A stretch of 63,610 nt of DNA, filler included, from Candidatus Woesearchaeota archaeon (GTDB lineage: Archaea; Nanobdellota; Nanobdellia; Woesearchaeales; J072): NCBI GenBank assembly GCA_003695265.1. It is 8 parts of 8 records of this genome, joined end to end, with 100 filler letters (N's around TTAATTAATTAA, not from the genome) between each part and the next. Parts side by side here need not be neighbours in the genome. Positions count along the whole stretch, not along the records: positions 9,652 to 12,187 come from RFII01000015.1; positions 12,288 to 36,480 come from RFII01000016.1; 6 more parts are not named here. One strand, 5' to 3'. Below, piece by piece: positions 9,923 to 20,370 of the stretch; position 1 is the first letter of the stretch, and every line of letters begins with the position of its first letter. The notes beneath the pieces were generated by a model. That model was not told where the DNA came from. It made no database searches and was given only the letters and a program-made list of their open reading frames with translations. Made by a program: the position numbers and the translations under genes.

Positions 9923-10357
9923 TCCAAAAATTATAGAGAAAGAAGCAAATATAACAAAAAGCAGTTTATCCATAAAACCACCTGTTTTAATAATACCTCC
10001 TATTCTAAAACTTAAAGGCAAAAACGGCTTAATCCCCTTCTTTGTGAGAGCATCTAAAAAAAGGTGCGTGAATACTCCTATACAAACCCAAATTATGCTA
10101 AGAAGGGTGTTTGTCAGGAATCCTATTATTAATAAGAATATAATGAAGTTGATGCTGTGAAAAAATCCGCGGTGCTCAAAAAGCATTGAAATCATAGGCA
10201 TTTTGCTCCCTATTTTTGATGTTTTTGTATCAATGTCCGGAAGAATTGCTCCCAGAATAACAAGAAGGATTATTTGAATAAGGTTCGCGGTTGGGTAATT
10301 AAAAAGAAGGATTAATGTCAGAAAAACCGCAAAGGTTACGTGTGTTCTAAGGAGCAT
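9905..10357 (-). CDS. Membrane metal-dependent hydrolase (YdjM/DUF457-like)
   Basis: TH, LPDID, HRGFFHS, HLFLDALT..G; likely start ATG 10357. Confidence 0.88.
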   Translation of the reverse strand: MLLRTHVTFAVFLTLILLFNYPTANLIQIILLVILGAILPDIDTKTSKIGSKMPMISMLFEHRGFFHSINFIIFLLIIGFLTNTLLSIIWVCIGVFTHLFLDALTKKGIKPFLPLSFRIGGIIKTGGFMDKLLFVIFASFSIIFGLIIYS

Positions 10358-11462
10358 TCTTGTCTTCGTCAACAGGTTCAATGCTGTCCACTGGCAGAAT
10401 ATCCTCTTTTTGCTCTGCTGAAGGCTCGATAGGCTGTTCTTCTGCCGAGCTTTCTTCCTTCTGCTTTATCTCTTCCTGAAGCCTCTTTATTTCCTGATCA
10501 GGGTTTGGATTGGGGTCAACCAGATTGGCGACTAATTCGAGGCGCTCAAACATCTCGTTCTTGTTAACCCTGCCGACCACCTTGATTATTTTTCCAAGAA
10601 GATCCATTTTCACAGGCTCCAAAACAGAAGAGTCATCTTTTCCTGCTAGTATTTCCTCATTAGTTTTGCCCGTTAATGACTGCACTTGGTTTCTGAAGAA
10701 CACTGTTCTTATGCTGTCAGAGCCGTCGTCAATAAAAAGGTTTAATAAATAGGAGTATGCAGGTTCTATTTTGCCGTGCTCATTGCACACAAATCCTTCC
10801 TCTCTTGGTTTTGTTCTTCTGTTGCATTGTGGGCATACCTCAAAGAATTTCATGTCGAAAACCTGGACTATGGTTCCAAGAATTTCAATATTTTCATCGT
10901 TTTCGGTTAATTCTGATATTTTTTTCCTTTGCCTTGCAGAGCCCAACTGGATTTCAGGAACTGTTTCCCCTTCAGGATTGAGTATTAGTTTTGACATGTC
11001 ATTAAGATGAATCTCTTTCCTTCCATTGTTTTCTTTCACGTACGCGCCCGCTATTTTTATTATCATATTCTCTTTAAGAGAGCTTAATTTGTCCACCTGA
11101 TCATTCCAAAGAACAACCCTTATTTTTCCTGTTTCATCGCCGAGCATGAAAGAGCCGACTTTCCCGCTTCTTGAGCCGGAATTAAACGACCTAACCTCAA
11201 ATATCTGGGCAACTCTGCCGACAGTCTCCAAGTTCCTTATGCCGGGAAGAATGTTTTTTATCTTGAGCTTTCCAGAAGTCTGCGGAAAGATGTTCACGCC
11301 GAGCTCATTGGCGATAATGTGGGCTGCGCCTTCCTTTGAGATAAGGCCTGAGAGCTGGTTCAGCTTCGCCTTTATTTTTGATTCTATCTCCTCTTTCCCA
11401 ATGCCTTTCTCCTCCTCAATCTTTGCTATTATGTCCTCGTAAGGAACCTTGACCATCACCAT
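10347..11462 (-). CDS. rpa: Replication protein A (OB folds plus zinc finger)
   Basis: GLISKEGAA, GKVGSFMLGDETGKIRVVLW, CPQCN..CNEHG, DDGS. Confidence 0.9.
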   Translation of the reverse strand: MVMVKVPYEDIIAKIEEEKGIGKEEIESKIKAKLNQLSGLISKEGAAHIIANELGVNIFPQTSGKLKIKNILPGIRNLETVGRVAQIFEVRSFNSGSRSGKVGSFMLGDETGKIRVVLWNDQVDKLSSLKENMIIKIAGAYVKENNGRKEIHLNDMSKLILNPEGETVPEIQLGSARQRKKISELTENDENIEILGTIVQVFDMKFFEVCPQCNRRTKPREEGFVCNEHGKIEPAYSYLLNLFIDDGSDSIRTVFFRNQVQSLTGKTNEEILAGKDDSSVLEPVKMDLLGKIIKVVGRVNKNEMFERLELVANLVDPNPNPDQEIKRLQEEIKQKEESSAEEQPIEPSAEQKEDILPVDSIEPVDEDKNAP

Positions 11463-11803
11463 ACTGAAGCGTTAAGAACTCTTGTATTTAAAGTTATCGC
11501 TGATTCAATTTTCAGTTTTGAATACAATCATTTCTTTTTTTATGGGATAAAATTAAAGATTTTGCTGCTAACACTTTTCCATAGCAAGGATGGATTTGAT
11601 TAGATAAATTATTGGATTTTTCGTGAAAAACAGCCCTGTTGTAATGAAAAAGTTATATGTGGTACAACAAGCACAACAATGCCCGCCTGACTGCAGTGAT
11701 GTTTGAGGAATTTTTTTATAAAAGGAGAACGTCTTAATTATTCAGAGCAAATCTTTAAATATTTAAAAGTTCAGAACACATAAAGTTGAGGGGTGATTCT
11801 TAG

Positions 11804-12187
11804 ATGAGACAAATAATTTTCATTCTGGTATTGTTAATTTCAGCTTTTCCTGTTAATGCCGAGCTTTTTATCACAGGAAACGTTACTGATGCTGCTGATG
11901 GCGAACCAGCTAACGGGCATGAAATTGTTTTGTGGTCTAATAATCCAGAAGATAATCTTATTGATATAATAGGCCCTAATGGTGGGTGCGCTGATAACAA
12001 CTGTTATATTCTTGATTGTGGTCTATTAAGTAATCCTTGCGGATTGGGTGACACAATATCCCTTAAAGTGGTTGATAACGGCTCTGGCTACACGAGCAGA
12101 ACATTAAATTACACAATAACACAACAAGATGTTGAAGAAGGTTTTGCTTTAATGGAAACTATAAGCATGTTTCATGATGCAGACGGA
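11804..12187 (+). CDS. Secreted/surface protein, N-terminal fragment
   Basis: Signal peptide (..PVNA), GGGGTGAT RBS, Cys-containing beta domain; truncated by contig end. Confidence 0.6.
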
Positions 12188-12287
12188 NNNNNNNNNNNNN
12201 NNNNNNNNNNNNNNNNNNNNNNNNNNNNNNNTTAATTAATTAANNNNNNNNNNNNNNNNNNNNNNNNNNNNNNNNNNNNNNNNNNNN

Positions 12288-13417
12288 ATGCTCCACAGCA
12301 ATTCGAAATATTTCTTATAACCCTTAGCAATCCCCTCTTTTTCTATAACTATTGTTGTTATAGGCTCTGTCCAATCAAACATAGCCACTTTGTTTCCATA
12401 GATTTCTATGTGCAAAGGGCTGAAATATTCTTCTGGCAGAAACCTTACTTCAGAGTATTTTGAGGTTATTGCTTTGCTTCCTGCTTTAAACAAAAGCCTT
12501 TCATGAATTTTCCTTTTCTCCAGCTCTTTCACAAACCTTGTTAAGTCTTTAAGCACTAATTCCTGCTTGTAATATTCAAGGCCTATTGCCCTTATTTCCT
12601 TGCTTTCTTTTATCATATCTTTTAAAACAAATTTTGGGCCGCTCAAGCCGTGATACACTTTCGCGGGCTGATTCCAATAAAGGTCGAACTGCGCCCTGAA
12701 CGAGTCAGCGACTTCTTTGCTCTTTATAACTATTAACAAAGGCTGCTTTTCTGTTTCTGCCGGAAATATTATTGTTGTTTCCTTGTAAATGTTGATTGCC
12801 GCAGGAGTCAGGACGTCTTCGGGCATAAACCTTATCTCGCTTAACGGGCTGTTTTTCTCCAATGTCTGCGGCTCTCCTCTCGCGCTTTCATCAAATAATA
12901 TCTTCAGCCTTATGCCTCTTCTCGCCCTTTCCCTGTTCCATTTCAGGAAGAAAAGGTTCACCTTTTCTGACCTTGAAGGAACGCCCATAACCCTTATAAT
13001 GTCTCCTTTGCTGAGCTCTTCGAACGCGCTGAAAAAAGCAGTATGCAATCCTTTCATGCCTCTGTAAATGACTGCTTCCTGCTTTGCTTTTGACAGCTCT
13101 CTCTTAAGCTTTAGTTCTGGAAGAATTTTTTTTATGCTCTCTTTTTCTCTGCTCAGCTTCTCTTCTTTTTCTTTTAAGTAGTCGAGAATTCTTTCAGGCT
13201 CTGCTGCTTCAAAATACTTTGTTTTGCCTCTTAAGATGTAGCTGGCAAGCCCTTTTTGAATCAGCTTGTCAAGAATCTCGTAAATCTTTGAGCTGGACAC
13301 ATTTGCTTTCTCTACTATAGGTCCTGTTGTTGCAGAGCCTAATTCAAGCAGGGCCAGATAAACCTTGATTTCTGATTTGACAAGGCCTATTTCTGAGAGT
13401 ATTGGCTCAATATCCAT
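12288..13417 (-). CDS. TrmB-family transcriptional regulator with two effector-like domains (3' end at contig edge)
   Basis: GLVKSEIKVYLALLELG...SKIYEILDKLIQKGL; two repeats ending F..YW / F.LLW. Confidence 0.88.
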
Positions 13418-13484
13418 CTTCTTTCCTGTTGTTTTTTGACTATAAAAATCTTTCTAATTTCTCCCCCTTTAGGGTGATGTAATA

Positions 13485-13516
13485 TTTATATAGTTATTTT
13501 TACTAATTAGTAGTAA
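13485..13516 (+). promoter_or_regulatory. TATA box (TTTATATA) followed by candidate TrmB operator TTACT-N7-AGTAA (13500-13516)
   Basis: Inverted repeat containing palindrome TACTAATTAGTA, between divergent trmB and the secreted gene. Confidence 0.55.
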
Positions 13517-13550
13517 CAAAAACCCTGAGATGGGGGTGGAGGTGCTTAAC

Positions 13551-14159
13551 ATGAAAACACTAAAAAGAATAAAAAGCATAATAAGATCAGGAGTGATAAG
13601 TGCCCTGGTTGCGACCCTCTTAACAGCAACAACCGCGCATGCTTGGCAGAACATAACGCCAACATATAACATTAATCACAGGACAACACAAGTTAGGTTG
13701 CAGCACGGCACAGACAACTCTTATGCCTTTATCGACTTCAACGGCGATGAGCATGGAGACTTAGAAGGATTTTACGGAGAAGCATTAAGAACTGTGCCGT
13801 TAGCGTATGGGATCAGCGTCGGTCCTGAGTATAACGGCGGAACAGGCGTTGATGACATTGTCAGGGCGCAGATAACAGCATCCGGCCAAATAGGACCTGT
13901 CTTTGTGCAGGGAAAATACTCACCAGTCTCAACCGGCGATGCTGGACAGCAGCTCGGCCTCGTGGCTAATGCACAATTTGGAAGAGTTGGCCTTGGAACA
14001 TGGCTTGACATTGACTTCAATAATGGCCACACAGCAAAGTCAGGAGAGCTAGAAGCAACTCTCAAACTAACTGATAACGTCAAAGCTTATGGGAAAATGG
14101 AAAAGTTTGACTGGCAGAAAAGCCCAAGCTACTCAATAGGCTTCCAGGCAGACTTTTAA
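13551..14159 (+). CDS. Secreted protein resembling an outer-membrane beta-barrel (DUF5020/Tsx-like)
   Basis: GGAGGTG RBS; Sec signal ending AHA; amphipathic strands YAFIDF, GFYGE, EYNGG; C-terminal YSIGFQADF. Confidence 0.6.
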   Translation: MKTLKRIKSIIRSGVISALVATLLTATTAHAWQNITPTYNINHRTTQVRLQHGTDNSYAFIDFNGDEHGDLEGFYGEALRTVPLAYGISVGPEYNGGTGVDDIVRAQITASGQIGPVFVQGKYSPVSTGDAGQQLGLVANAQFGRVGLGTWLDIDFNNGHTAKSGELEATLKLTDNVKAYGKMEKFDWQKSPSYSIGFQADF

Positions 14160-14217
14160 TTCTTTTGTTTCTTTATTTATGGCAACCTTTAAATAACAAT
14201 AATGCGTGCATCAATTA

Positions 14218-15153
14218 ATGACAACCATTGTTGTTGCATTAGGCGGAAACGCATTGCTCAAAAAAGGGCAGAAATTCACGATTAAGGACAGCTTCAAGAA
14301 TATTTCTCCTGCTCTTGATTCTATAATCCCATTAATCAAGAAAGGGTTTAATGTTGTGATTACGCACGGCAACGGCCCACAAGTAGGAAACCAGCTGATA
14401 AGAGTAGAGCATTCTATAAACAAGGCATATTACCTTCCATTGTATGTGTGCGGAGCCCAAACCCAAGGCGAGATAGGCTACATGATTCAACAGTGTTTAC
14501 TCAACAAGCTGAAAGAAAACAACATAAAAAAGAACGCTGTCTGCGTTCTAACGCAAGTCCTAGTTGACAAAAACGACCTTTCATTTAAAAAGCCTACAAA
14601 GCCCATAGGCCCCTTTTACACAAAAGAGCAGCTTAAGGAGCTTGGCAAAGAAGACTGGAACTTAATCGAAGATGCTGGAAGAGGCTACAGGAGGGTTGTT
14701 GCTTCACCAAAGCCAAAAGAAATTATAGAGAAGGACATAATAAAAAAGCTTGTTGAGTCAGGAACAATAGTAATTGCTGTTGGCGGCGGAGGAATACCAG
14801 TCTATCTGAATGAGGAAAACGAATTGAGGGGTATAAGCGCAGTAATTGACAAGGATTTGGCCTCTGCATGCCTTGCTAACGAGCTAAAAGCGGAAATGCT
14901 CCTTATATTGACTGACGTTGAATGCGTTTTCTTGAATTACGGCAAAGAAAACGAGGAAAAAATATCAAGAATCAATGTTGCACAAGCAGAATTATACCTC
15001 AATCAAGGCCACTTCGCAGAGGGCAGCATGAAGCCAAAAGTAGAGGCAGCAATAAGTTTCCTGAAGAAAGGAGGCGAAAAAGCAATAATAACAAACCTTG
15101 AATCAGTAGAAGAAGCGCTTCAGGGAGAAAAAGGAACTATAATAACAAAATGA
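14218..15153 (+). CDS. arcC: Carbamate kinase
   Basis: VALGGNAL, THGNGPQVG, PTKPIGPFY, GGGGIPV, VIDKD, GSMKPK. Confidence 0.96.
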   Translation: MTTIVVALGGNALLKKGQKFTIKDSFKNISPALDSIIPLIKKGFNVVITHGNGPQVGNQLIRVEHSINKAYYLPLYVCGAQTQGEIGYMIQQCLLNKLKENNIKKNAVCVLTQVLVDKNDLSFKKPTKPIGPFYTKEQLKELGKEDWNLIEDAGRGYRRVVASPKPKEIIEKDIIKKLVESGTIVIAVGGGGIPVYLNEENELRGISAVIDKDLASACLANELKAEMLLILTDVECVFLNYGKENEEKISRINVAQAELYLNQGHFAEGSMKPKVEAAISFLKKGGEKAIITNLESVEEALQGEKGTIITK

Positions 15154-15289
15154 GCTAGAATATCTTTCTCTTTTGCAGAAAAAGTTAGGCTAAAAAGGGC
15201 TTTTGGGAGTAATCGATGATTCTTATAATTTCCAAGTTATGTTTTCAAATCCAAATATTTTTATACTTTCCAAACATTCTCTTATTCAG

Positions 15290-15680
15290 TGCAAAATTAC
15301 GCAAATGGGTCCTTTCAGGAGCTTTCCGGAAGGAATAAGCGTTGACTGGGAGACACTCTTGCGTAATACAGCCCGTCACGAGAGTACTCAATGGAGCTTA
15401 CGGCAAAGCCAAGCAATGAGCTTGGGAGTTAGTGTTGCGGGCAACAAACACTTTAATGGTCACAAAATTCAATTTAGAATAAGCTTGAAGTTTATATTTA
15501 CCATTTAACGTTTTAAATCGCGTAAAAAAGGAAAATAAGCCTTATGAAGCGATTTTAGGCTTATATTTCCTTAATTTCAAGCTTGTTCTAGATATACACC
15601 ACGAGAAGAGGTTAGCATCATGTTCAATTATTCACCAAAACTTTTGGTTTTTAGTAGGGCTTCTTCTACGTGGTAAAACA
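15290..15680 (+). ncRNA. Putative large structured RNA or 5' leader upstream of dnaG
   Basis: Long stems 15475-15492/15573-15590, 15528-15542/15557-15572, 15598-15611/15660-15674; mismatches are G-U on the + strand; TATA-like TTTTATAC near 15260; ends approximate. Confidence 0.55.
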
Positions 15681-15695
15681 GGAGGAATGATAAGC

Positions 15696-16970
15696 ATGGG
15701 AAAAATAAGCCCAGTTTCAGCAAAATATATTATTAATGCGTCAATCACAATTGATGGAGTAGTTGACAGGCCTGATGTTATTGGCGCTATATTTGGCCAG
15801 ACAGAAGGCTTGTTAGGTTCTGACCTGGAGCTGAGAGAGCTCCAGAGGAGTGGCAGAATAGGAAGAATAGAGGTTAATGTCGACACTAAAGGTGGAAAAA
15901 CAACAGGAGACATTATAATACCTTCCAGCCTGGACAAGGCTGAAACAGCCATTGTGGGTGCTGCCCTTGAGATAATCCAAAGAATTGGGCCTTGCAACGC
16001 AAAAATCAAAGTAAATAACATTGAAGATGTGAGGATTTCAAAGAGAAACTTTGTTATTGACAGGGCAAAAGAGCTTCTCAAGGAAATGATGGACACTGTA
16101 ATGCCTGATTCCCAGGAATTAAGCGACGAAGTGGCTTATTCAGTGAGAATGATGGAAATACAGGTTTATGGAAAGGACAGGCTGCCCGCAGGCCCTGCAA
16201 TTGACGAGTCTGACGAGATAATAATTGTTGAGGGCAGAGCAGACGTCCTCAACCTGTTGAAGCATGGGATAAAGAACGCCATAGCCATTAATGGCACTTC
16301 AATACCACCAACGATCGCTGAATTAACTCAGAGGAAGATAGTGACAGCCTTTGTTGATGGTGACAGGGGTGGTAAGCTGATTATAAAAGAGCTTCTCAAC
16401 GTTGCTGACATTGATTATGTTGCTTTTGCTCCTGATGGAAAAGAAGTTGAGGAAATAACAAAGAAAGAAATCCATAAAGCACTGAGAAGCAGGATTGCTG
16501 CAGAGCAGGCAAAGCTTGAAGTAACAACAGAAACATCAAAAACTGGCACAAAACAAGCGTCGAGGACTCCTGAAAGATCAAGTTGGAATAACAATAGGCA
16601 ACCACAAAGACCGTCAAGGCAACCAAGAGCAGCAACGCAACAGCACTCTTCTTACACTGCAAAAAAGCTGATGTTAGATAATGACCAGAAAAAGAAAGTG
16701 AGGGAAATGCTCGAAGACCTTATTGGGACAAGAGGCGCTTACATCCTTGATGAGAAGCTTTCTATTCTTGGAAAAGTTCCGACCTCCGAGTTAGAAACTG
16801 CTGTGAAAAGTGTTAGCTCAGGGGTTTACGCAATTGTGTTTAACGGCACTATTGACAAGAACCTTGTGAGAACAGCAGAAAAACTAAACGTCAAATTTTT
16901 GGTGGCAATGGACTCAAAGGTCAAGAACGAAGAAACGAAGATTAACATAATGACTGAAGAAGATCTTTAA
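15696..16970 (+). CDS. dnaG: Archaeal DnaG (TOPRIM; exosome-associated, primase-like)
   Basis: [34 protein letters not shown] at 15680-15685. Confidence 0.96.
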   Translation: MGKISPVSAKYIINASITIDGVVDRPDVIGAIFGQTEGLLGSDLELRELQRSGRIGRIEVNVDTKGGKTTGDIIIPSSLDKAETAIVGAALEIIQRIGPCNAKIKVNNIEDVRISKRNFVIDRAKELLKEMMDTVMPDSQELSDEVAYSVRMMEIQVYGKDRLPAGPAIDESDEIIIVEGRADVLNLLKHGIKNAIAINGTSIPPTIAELTQRKIVTAFVDGDRGGKLIIKELLNVADIDYVAFAPDGKEVEEITKKEIHKALRSRIAAEQAKLEVTTETSKTGTKQASRTPERSSWNNNRQPQRPSRQPRAATQQHSSYTAKKLMLDNDQKKKVREMLEDLIGTRGAYILDEKLSILGKVPTSELETAVKSVSSGVYAIVFNGTIDKNLVRTAEKLNVKFLVAMDSKVKNEETKINIMTEEDL

Positions 16971-17476
16971 CTGCCAGAAGCAACACTTAGGATGTGCTTT
17001 ACCAATAAAAAGAAGATCAATATCAGAAAGAACATTATTATAGCGGCAAAGATTGTTATATTATCAAAAGGTATTTCTGTGTAAGAGTAAACGACTACCA
17101 AGTAAGCCAAATAATTTAAAGGAAGCTTTGAGGATATCCTGAAAGCAATAAACTGTGGTATCATATGGAAGAAATCAAAAAAAGCCAGTATGAAACTAAA
17201 AAATATTAACAGGATTGGAATAACAGTTTTAAGTGAGGAGATTGTAAGAACTCCTGTGATTGACTGATACCTTAATATGCTCGCGCCAACAAAGATTAGA
17301 ACCATACTGTTTCCAAGAGCGGTGTTCCAACCTAATTCCTCATCCCTGTTCCTGGCGAAATAAAGCTCCATTACAAACATGGTAATGAAGAGAGGAATTA
17401 TCTCCCAAAGAGTGATAGGGTTAGAAAGTGGAACTTGAAGAAGCTCGACCATTCTGGGAAAAATTATTTCAAACAT
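16967..17476 (-). CDS. Hypothetical polytopic membrane protein
   Basis: About five hydrophobic segments; [11 protein letters not shown]. Confidence 0.6.
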   Translation of the reverse strand: MFEIIFPRMVELLQVPLSNPITLWEIIPLFITMFVMELYFARNRDEELGWNTALGNSMVLIFVGASILRYQSITGVLTISSLKTVIPILLIFFSFILAFFDFFHMIPQFIAFRISSKLPLNYLAYLVVVYSYTEIPFDNITIFAAIIMFFLILIFFLLVKHILSVASGS

Positions 17477-17537
17477 AAAAGAAAAAAGTAGTATTCTCGT
17501 ATTTATATTTAACTAAGTTTAATTTAACTAATTTTGA

Positions 17538-18527
17538 TTAACTTAATATTTCAATTCTTGCGCTTTCCCTCAGCTTAGCAACGTAGTTCTGATACGCCTC
17601 TTTCTGCTTTTCGATTAGCAAAGCCTTTCTAATCTGCTCTTCAACTTCGTCAAAAGACTGCTGCCTTCCCTCCTTTTTGTCAGTAAGCCTGATGACATGC
17701 CACCCAAACTGTGTTTGGACAGGCTCAGAAGTTTCATTCACTTCCAAGGCAAAGGCTGCCTCTTCAAACGGTTTTACCATCTCCCCTCTTCCAAAATATC
17801 CGAGGTCGCCCCCACGCACCCTACTCGGCCCTATTGACATGTTTGCGGCAACATCCTCAAATTTTTCACCGTTGTTAAGCCTTTCAATTGCTTTTTCTGC
17901 TTCTTCTTTCGTCTTTACAAGAATGTGGCTTGCTCTAACCTGCATGCCTGTCTTGAACATGTCTGCGTTTTCAATGTAATAATCCTCGACTTCGTCATCA
18001 CCCACAGAAATGTTGCCTAAAACAGTCTGGTTTAATAGGAGGACTATTGATATCTGTTTTTTATAGAAATTCTTGACATCATCTAAAGTAAGGTTCTTTT
18101 GTGAGAGAGCTTCCTCAAACTGAGACAAAGTAATGTTGTTGGCTGCTATTGCTTTGTTTATTATATTGTCAAGCTCCTCTTCAGGAACATTTATGCCCAT
18201 TTTTTCAGCTTTTTGCATTAGTAAAAGCTCGTCAATTATTTGGTTCAGAAGATCATCTTTTGAGATTATGTTCTTATAGCTTGGAGGTAGCTGTGCGTAC
18301 TGCGCGTCAACATCAGAAGCAAAAATTGGTTCTCCATTAACAATGGCAAGAATTTTGTTCGCGGAATCCTCTGTAGAGTTTGCAATGCTTTTTCCAGTAT
18401 TTTCTCCATGCGTCCTACTAAGAACAATGAACGCTGTGGCGATTATTATTACTGTAAGGGCGGCAAGCCCGACCATGACATAATTATTCCTCTTTGAAGT
18501 TTTTTTCCTTGAAGATTTCTTAACCAT
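17538..18527 (-). CDS. Membrane-anchored SurA/PrsA-like parvulin peptidyl-prolyl isomerase
   Basis: N-terminal TM; AIVNGEPI (SurA_N-like); RASHILV, GGDLGYF, F..AAF, TQFGWHVI. Confidence 0.9.
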   Translation of the reverse strand: MVKKSSRKKTSKRNNYVMVGLAALTVIIIATAFIVLSRTHGENTGKSIANSTEDSANKILAIVNGEPIFASDVDAQYAQLPPSYKNIISKDDLLNQIIDELLLMQKAEKMGINVPEEELDNIINKAIAANNITLSQFEEALSQKNLTLDDVKNFYKKQISIVLLLNQTVLGNISVGDDEVEDYYIENADMFKTGMQVRASHILVKTKEEAEKAIERLNNGEKFEDVAANMSIGPSRVRGGDLGYFGRGEMVKPFEEAAFALEVNETSEPVQTQFGWHVIRLTDKKEGRQQSFDEVEEQIRKALLIEKQKEAYQNYVAKLRESARIEILS

Positions 18528-18660
18528 CAGTATTACCCCCAAAGCACTCAGTAATAAAAGGTGATTAATAAATGTTATGGAAAACAATTTCATAACAACT
18601 AGGCACAATTTAGCAGTCCAATCGATTAATATTTAAATGAGTTAAGGCTGTGTAATAAGC

Positions 18661-19980
18661 ATGTTTGACATCATAATTGGTAGAAGTGAAAAAGACCGTG
18701 AAAAATATGGAAAAGCCGGAGCCACTTTTATAGGTAGGCAGTATGTCAAAATGGGCCGCACTACTTCCCTCTCCAACAATGTTTACTTGGATGTTGCAGG
18801 CTCGCACGTGGTTTTTGTCGTTGGGAAAAGAGGCTCTGGAAAGTCTTACACTATGGGCGTTATTTGTGAGGGAATGGCAAGCTTGCCTGAAGAAGTCTCA
18901 AAAAACATTTCAGTTATTATGCTTGACACAATGGGAATTTATTGGACCATGAAATATCCGAACAAAAGAGATGAGCTGTTGCTGAATGAGTGGGGCCTTA
19001 AAGGGCAAGGATTAGATGTGGTCATTTACACCCCTGTAATACATCATGAAGAATACAAGAGGAGAGGAATCCCAACAGATAAGCCTTTCTCAATAAGCCC
19101 TGCAGAGCTTAGCGCAGCTGACTGGTGCCTTAGCTTTGAGATAAAGCAGACAGAGCCTGTCGGCGTCTTGATTGAGAGAGTTATTGAGGGTTTGAAGGAG
19201 AAGAAAAAGGTGTTTGATATTGATGATATAATAAAAGAAATCAGGAAAGACACAAAATCAGAGAATGTTGTGAAGAATGCTGCTGAGAACCGTTTTGTCA
19301 CAGCAAAAAAATGGGGTGTTTTCGCAAAGGAAGGAACTCCAATAAAAGACCTTGCTGTTGGAGGAAAAGTCAGCGTTCTTGATGTTAGCTGCTACGCGAC
19401 TGAGCCGAATGGATGGAAAATAAAGTCACTTGTTGTCGGCTTAATATCACAGAAACTATTCATTCAGCGCATGGAAGCTAGAAAATCTGAGGAAAGAGAA
19501 GAGGTTGAGGACTCACTAAGGTATTTTGCTGAGGAAAAAGAAGAGGGGCAAAAAACTCCTTTGGTGTGGCTTATAATAGATGAGGCTCATGAGTTTCTGC
19601 CCCGTGAGGGAAAAACAACGGCAAGTGATGCCCTAATCACAATCCTGAGAGAGGGCAGGCAGCCGGGAATATCTTTGATACTTGCGTCTCAGCAGCCCGG
19701 CAAGATTCACACAGATGTCATGACGCAGGCAGATACTGTCATCGCACATAGGATAACAGCAAAGCTTGACGTGGATGCTCTCGGCCTGTTGATGCAGAGC
19801 TACATGAGGGAAGGGCTGACAGAGCAGCTTGACAACCTTCCCCGCGTAAAAGGATCTGCAATAATTTTTGATGACACAAATGAGAGGATGTACCCTTTGA
19901 GGATAAGGCCTCGGTTTACTTGGCATGGAGGCGGCTCTCCTACTGCAATGGCAAAAAAGAAGGAGAAAAGTGGATTATAA
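18661..19980 (+). CDS. HerA/DUF87-family P-loop ATPase
   Basis: Walker A GKRGSGKS, Walker B LIIDEAH, REGR.PG, ASQQP. Confidence 0.85.
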   Translation: MFDIIIGRSEKDREKYGKAGATFIGRQYVKMGRTTSLSNNVYLDVAGSHVVFVVGKRGSGKSYTMGVICEGMASLPEEVSKNISVIMLDTMGIYWTMKYPNKRDELLLNEWGLKGQGLDVVIYTPVIHHEEYKRRGIPTDKPFSISPAELSAADWCLSFEIKQTEPVGVLIERVIEGLKEKKKVFDIDDIIKEIRKDTKSENVVKNAAENRFVTAKKWGVFAKEGTPIKDLAVGGKVSVLDVSCYATEPNGWKIKSLVVGLISQKLFIQRMEARKSEEREEVEDSLRYFAEEKEEGQKTPLVWLIIDEAHEFLPREGKTTASDALITILREGRQPGISLILASQQPGKIHTDVMTQADTVIAHRITAKLDVDALGLLMQSYMREGLTEQLDNLPRVKGSAIIFDDTNERMYPLRIRPRFTWHGGGSPTAMAKKKEKSGL

Positions 19981-20037
19981 ACCGTTTCGGTGTTATTTGC
20001 AAAACTTTTATAAAAAATTAAAACATATTATTGTTTA

Positions 20038-20343
20038 ATGGTGTTTGGCAAAAGCTTTCCGAGAACTAGTGAAAAAAGCTCTTACCCTGTGTGGGAGGAA
20101 ATATTCTTGACAGAGGAAGAGGAGAGAGAGGAAGAAAGAAAAGCAAGGGAAGAGAACGTAAAGTTGATGAAAGAATGCATTGATGATGCTAGAACAATTA
20201 TAAAAGATAAAGGAATGAAAGGTTTTGAGACGAGCATTATCAATGTTGCAATAGCGTTGTTTGAGAAGCGGGCTTCTCACCAGGTTTTCTGGAAGGAAAG
20301 CAAGTGCAAGGAAAAGTTTGATGCAAAAAAATTGAAGGATTAA
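20038..20343 (+). CDS. Hypothetical protein
   Basis: Own TATA upstream; helical charged 101-aa ORF. Confidence 0.6.
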   Translation: MVFGKSFPRTSEKSSYPVWEEIFLTEEEEREEERKAREENVKLMKECIDDARTIIKDKGMKGFETSIINVAIALFEKRASHQVFWKESKCKEKFDAKKLKD

Positions 20344-20370
20344 TAAAACAACCAGGCAAAACAAGAATAA

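Noticed and set aside
11570..11710. Possible third copy of the dispersed repeat (TTGTAAT...AGCACAACAA)
   Set aside because: Only about 10 nt of exact match and the other blocks are absent.
15203..15508. 101-aa ORF upstream of dnaG
   Set aside because: TTG start, no RBS, no recognisable motif; overlaps base-paired elements better explained as RNA.
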